DNA of 64,000 nt, taken from the NCBI GenBank assembly GCA_010405405.1, contig MU004239.1, positions 124,001 through 188,000 of the forward strand, read 5' to 3'. This DNA is from Microthyrium microscopicum. Taxonomy: Eukaryota. The notes beneath the pieces are model-generated. The model was not told the DNA's origin, searched no databases, and worked only from the letters and a program-made list of their open reading frames with translations. Both the position numbers and the translations under genes were made by a program. Every line of letters starts with the position of its first letter. Position 1 is the stretch's first letter. Positions 61,495 through 64,000 of the stretch are shown here, piece after piece.

Positions 61495-62139
61495 GATAAC
61501 GAGTTTTTGACCAAACGATTTTGATGGAGCGCCTTTTCAATGCTTAACAGGGTGCTGTCAGTGGAACAAATGTATGATAAGGAAATCTCTGTTTGCTTGT
61601 CATTTGAAAAGAAGGCGTCGTAGATATCACCTTTAACAACAAAGAAACAAATGGGACAAAGGACACTCCCTCGACGCTCAATGCACTCAATAAGTGATTT
61701 ATGTTTTCTTTGTTTCCGTCGATCCGTTTGCAGCATCATTGACTGATACCAATCCTTATAATTTGAGAAGTTTGAATTAAGAATCCGAAATAGGGATTTC
61801 AAATTGGTCGGAACTAGTGGTGTGACAAGCGTTGAACTTCGGCCGCGTGGTGTATGGAGAATAAATCGAGATGAACTGAAAGGGGATGTTAACGTACGCT
61901 AAATGTAATGCTTTAATGAACAGATCCAAATTACTTGCCAATGACCGGGAGAATAAGCTTCTGCTTGGCTAGTCTCTTTACTGTCCTATTCGCCGGTGGT
62001 GAAGAATATGTCCCTTTCATGAAACAATGAAGCTGATAGAATGCTGAGACAATGCGCACGTATACGACGAATATGACCTTGACCAAAGTGCGGATGATAT
62101 CGATGGGTGAGTATATTATACATACCACTGAGTTTGCAC

Positions 62140-63040
62140 CTAGTTTACTTGAGTTCCATATCCACGAATCCGCTCCGCGAATTGCCACGACTGGTTCTCG
62201 AGCTTCTCGTCCAGCTTGAGATTAACCCCTTCCTTCTTGATGACAGCAATGCTGTAGTTATCCAAACTACGAGCATCTCTGTAGAATAAGACCTTCATAC
62301 ACTCCTTGATGACCTTGACTGCCTGCTCCTCTGTGACCTGATCCACCGCATCCTCGTCAGGCACGACCTTGCGCATGATTGGCTGAGCAAGATGTGCCCC
62401 GTATCCAGTGGCAAGAGAAGGAGAGGAGAAGGTTGTTCCGAGAAGGTCCACGCTTGCCAGGAAGGGCTCGTCGTCGCTGTCAAGACCAGCTACCAGCATG
62501 TGATTCCATAGCGGGTCGAACTTTGTGCGGCGGGCGTACATGACTTTGGAGAGGTATGTGTGGACGTTGTCTGCTGAGAAGCCATCGGTATCTTCTTCAT
62601 CGGTAGCGTCGTGTTGATAGTTTTCCTTGATGGATAGGGAGTTGAGTAGGCGGTCAAGGTGTTGCATGTCAGATATGTCGCCTCCGAATCCAATGACGGT
62701 TCTCTCGTTGAATTTTCGTAGACGCTTGACGTCGGTGAATCGAGCTAGTGAGCCATATGATGCTAAATGACAGTATTAGTACAATGGTTGGAGTAGCTAT
62801 GCTGTGGGCTTGCCCAAATTGTCAGTAGCGATGACTACTCCATCTTTGAACTTGATGGCGACGACGGAGGTACCGGTGACGATAGGCGACTGTGTGTGTT
62901 GGTTCGGCGCAGGTGCTTGAAGATATCCATGATTGTAAGGACCGTAGACATCGTCTCTAGGCTTACACCTAATTAGCATAATGTTGGTGGATGGCTGAAG
63001 GATAACGTACACGGCCCCAGGTTTCAGGGAAGTGGTTCAT
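62140..63040 (-). CDS. PRE4: 20S proteasome beta-7 subunit
   Basis: HTQSPIVTGTSVVAIKF, GGDISDMQ, YRDARS and W.FAERIRGYGTQ. Two introns. Confidence 0.97.
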
Positions 63041-63447
63041 AATGGATTGGAGGAAGCTGGATTGAAGGGAGGATACTTTGCTACAGCTTCCAGCAACAGA
63101 ATAAAGTCAATAGAAGAAGTGGACGGAGTGAGGAATTGGTGCTCGACAATGGTGGTTCAGAGCTTGAGGTTGGAGGGCCAGGCACAGAGAGCTGTCGCGT
63201 TCATCAAGCGAGGGGTCCAAGTAGCGCGCGTCTAATTTTTCCAATCGGAATCCATTGCTCATCTTTGATATCCGCGTTTTATACTTTCATATTCTATTTC
63301 AGTATTACGGAATATAGCAATGAGATGATGAGGTTGATTAATAGATGTCTTTCCAAGGACGGGATCGTGGCCGATGTACGGAGTACATAGTACTGTAGTT
63401 AAGATAATCTGGTTTGCTTTGTTTATGATTGAATTCGCTCAAAATTG

Positions 63448-64000
63448 CTACCGCCTCCGCTTAGAATCACCCTCATCATACCTCTGAGACTTCTTGCTTT
63501 TGTAAGCATCTCTATCTACACCTGACATGACTTTCTCTGCCGTACTTCGGTTTCCAGTTGTCCGCTGTCCCGGCGCTTTACTCGTCGCTCCAGCTTCCGC
63601 ACTAGCAACGAAGTCAAGTCGCTCTCGTGGGATTTTCGCCTTGATGTCATCCTTCTTTTTCAACAACTGTTGTTGTGTTTTGTTAAGCTGCTCTCCATAT
63701 GCCCAGGGAGGATATGAAGTAGGGACTGCAAGATCATCTGGTAAAGCTGAAGCATACTGGTCGTAGTCATCCACCCCAGCAAAGCCCATGAGCTTTTGAA
63801 GGAGAGCTGGGTTGCGCAGAGCAGGTGAATCTTCTAGCTTAGTGTTGAAATGAACACCTTCCTTTTTGAGCTCAAGAAAGTGCGCAAACTTCTTGTTGGC
63901 TTGTTGTGGAGGGGATGATGGTGGTGATTCGGGAATGCTGAAATTTGGCACAGGAGGCATGGTGAGGCTTCGGACTAAAGTTTGGGTTGCAGAGTATGGA
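63448..64000 (-). CDS. HCNGP/SAP30BP-like protein (5' end outside the window)
   Basis: FLELKKEGVHFN..L..SPALRNP.LL.KLMGF. The frame stays open to the window edge (PYSATQTLVRSLTM). Confidence 0.85.
   Translation of the reverse strand, partial: PYSATQTLVRSLTMPPVPNFSIPESPPSSPPQQANKKFAHFLELKKEGVHFNTKLEDSPALRNPALLQKLMGFAGVDDYDQYASALPDDLAVPTSYPPWAYGEQLNKTQQQLLKKKDDIKAKIPRERLDFVASAEAGATSKAPGQRTTGNRSTAEKVMSGVDRDAYKSKKSQRYDEGDSKRRR

Overview
Gene-dense genomic DNA from a filamentous ascomycete (Pezizomycotina-type; short GT-AG introns of mostly about 50-60 nt with CTAAC/CTGAC branch points). About 32 protein-coding loci. Housekeeping genes: NOP58, STK19-like, DGA1, PKA regulatory subunit, SPF27, a Ctr copper transporter, POL31, CDC43, a CAMK-like kinase, a UBX5-type protein, ILM1, PRE4 and an HCNGP-like protein. 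Interleaved accessory genes: F-box-like, DUF4360-like, SET-domain, GH114, CoA-transferase III, CorA-like, Vps62-like, P450, secreted glyoxalase, small Cys-rich and repeat proteins. I found no tRNA, rRNA, CRISPR array or intact transposase. Most unusual: (1) a secreted polyprotein of alternating acidic spacers and very cationic K/G/R peptides, probably a proteolytically processed peptide precursor (44609-45535); (2) an arginyl-tRNA synthetase paralog with a degenerate HIGH motif and a ~390-aa acidic (EAAPT)n insertion in its anticodon-binding domain (27936-31015); (3) a non-coding island of repeated GTC(G/A/C)CTAA-like motifs between convergent genes (about 14750-15310); (4) a three-exon Cys-rich zinc-finger-like microgene absent from the ORF track (34821-35458); (5) several disrupted or ambiguously spliced genes (HAD hydrolase, CorA-like, SET). 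Family assignments come from motif recognition by eye, not database searches. Splice models are manual.
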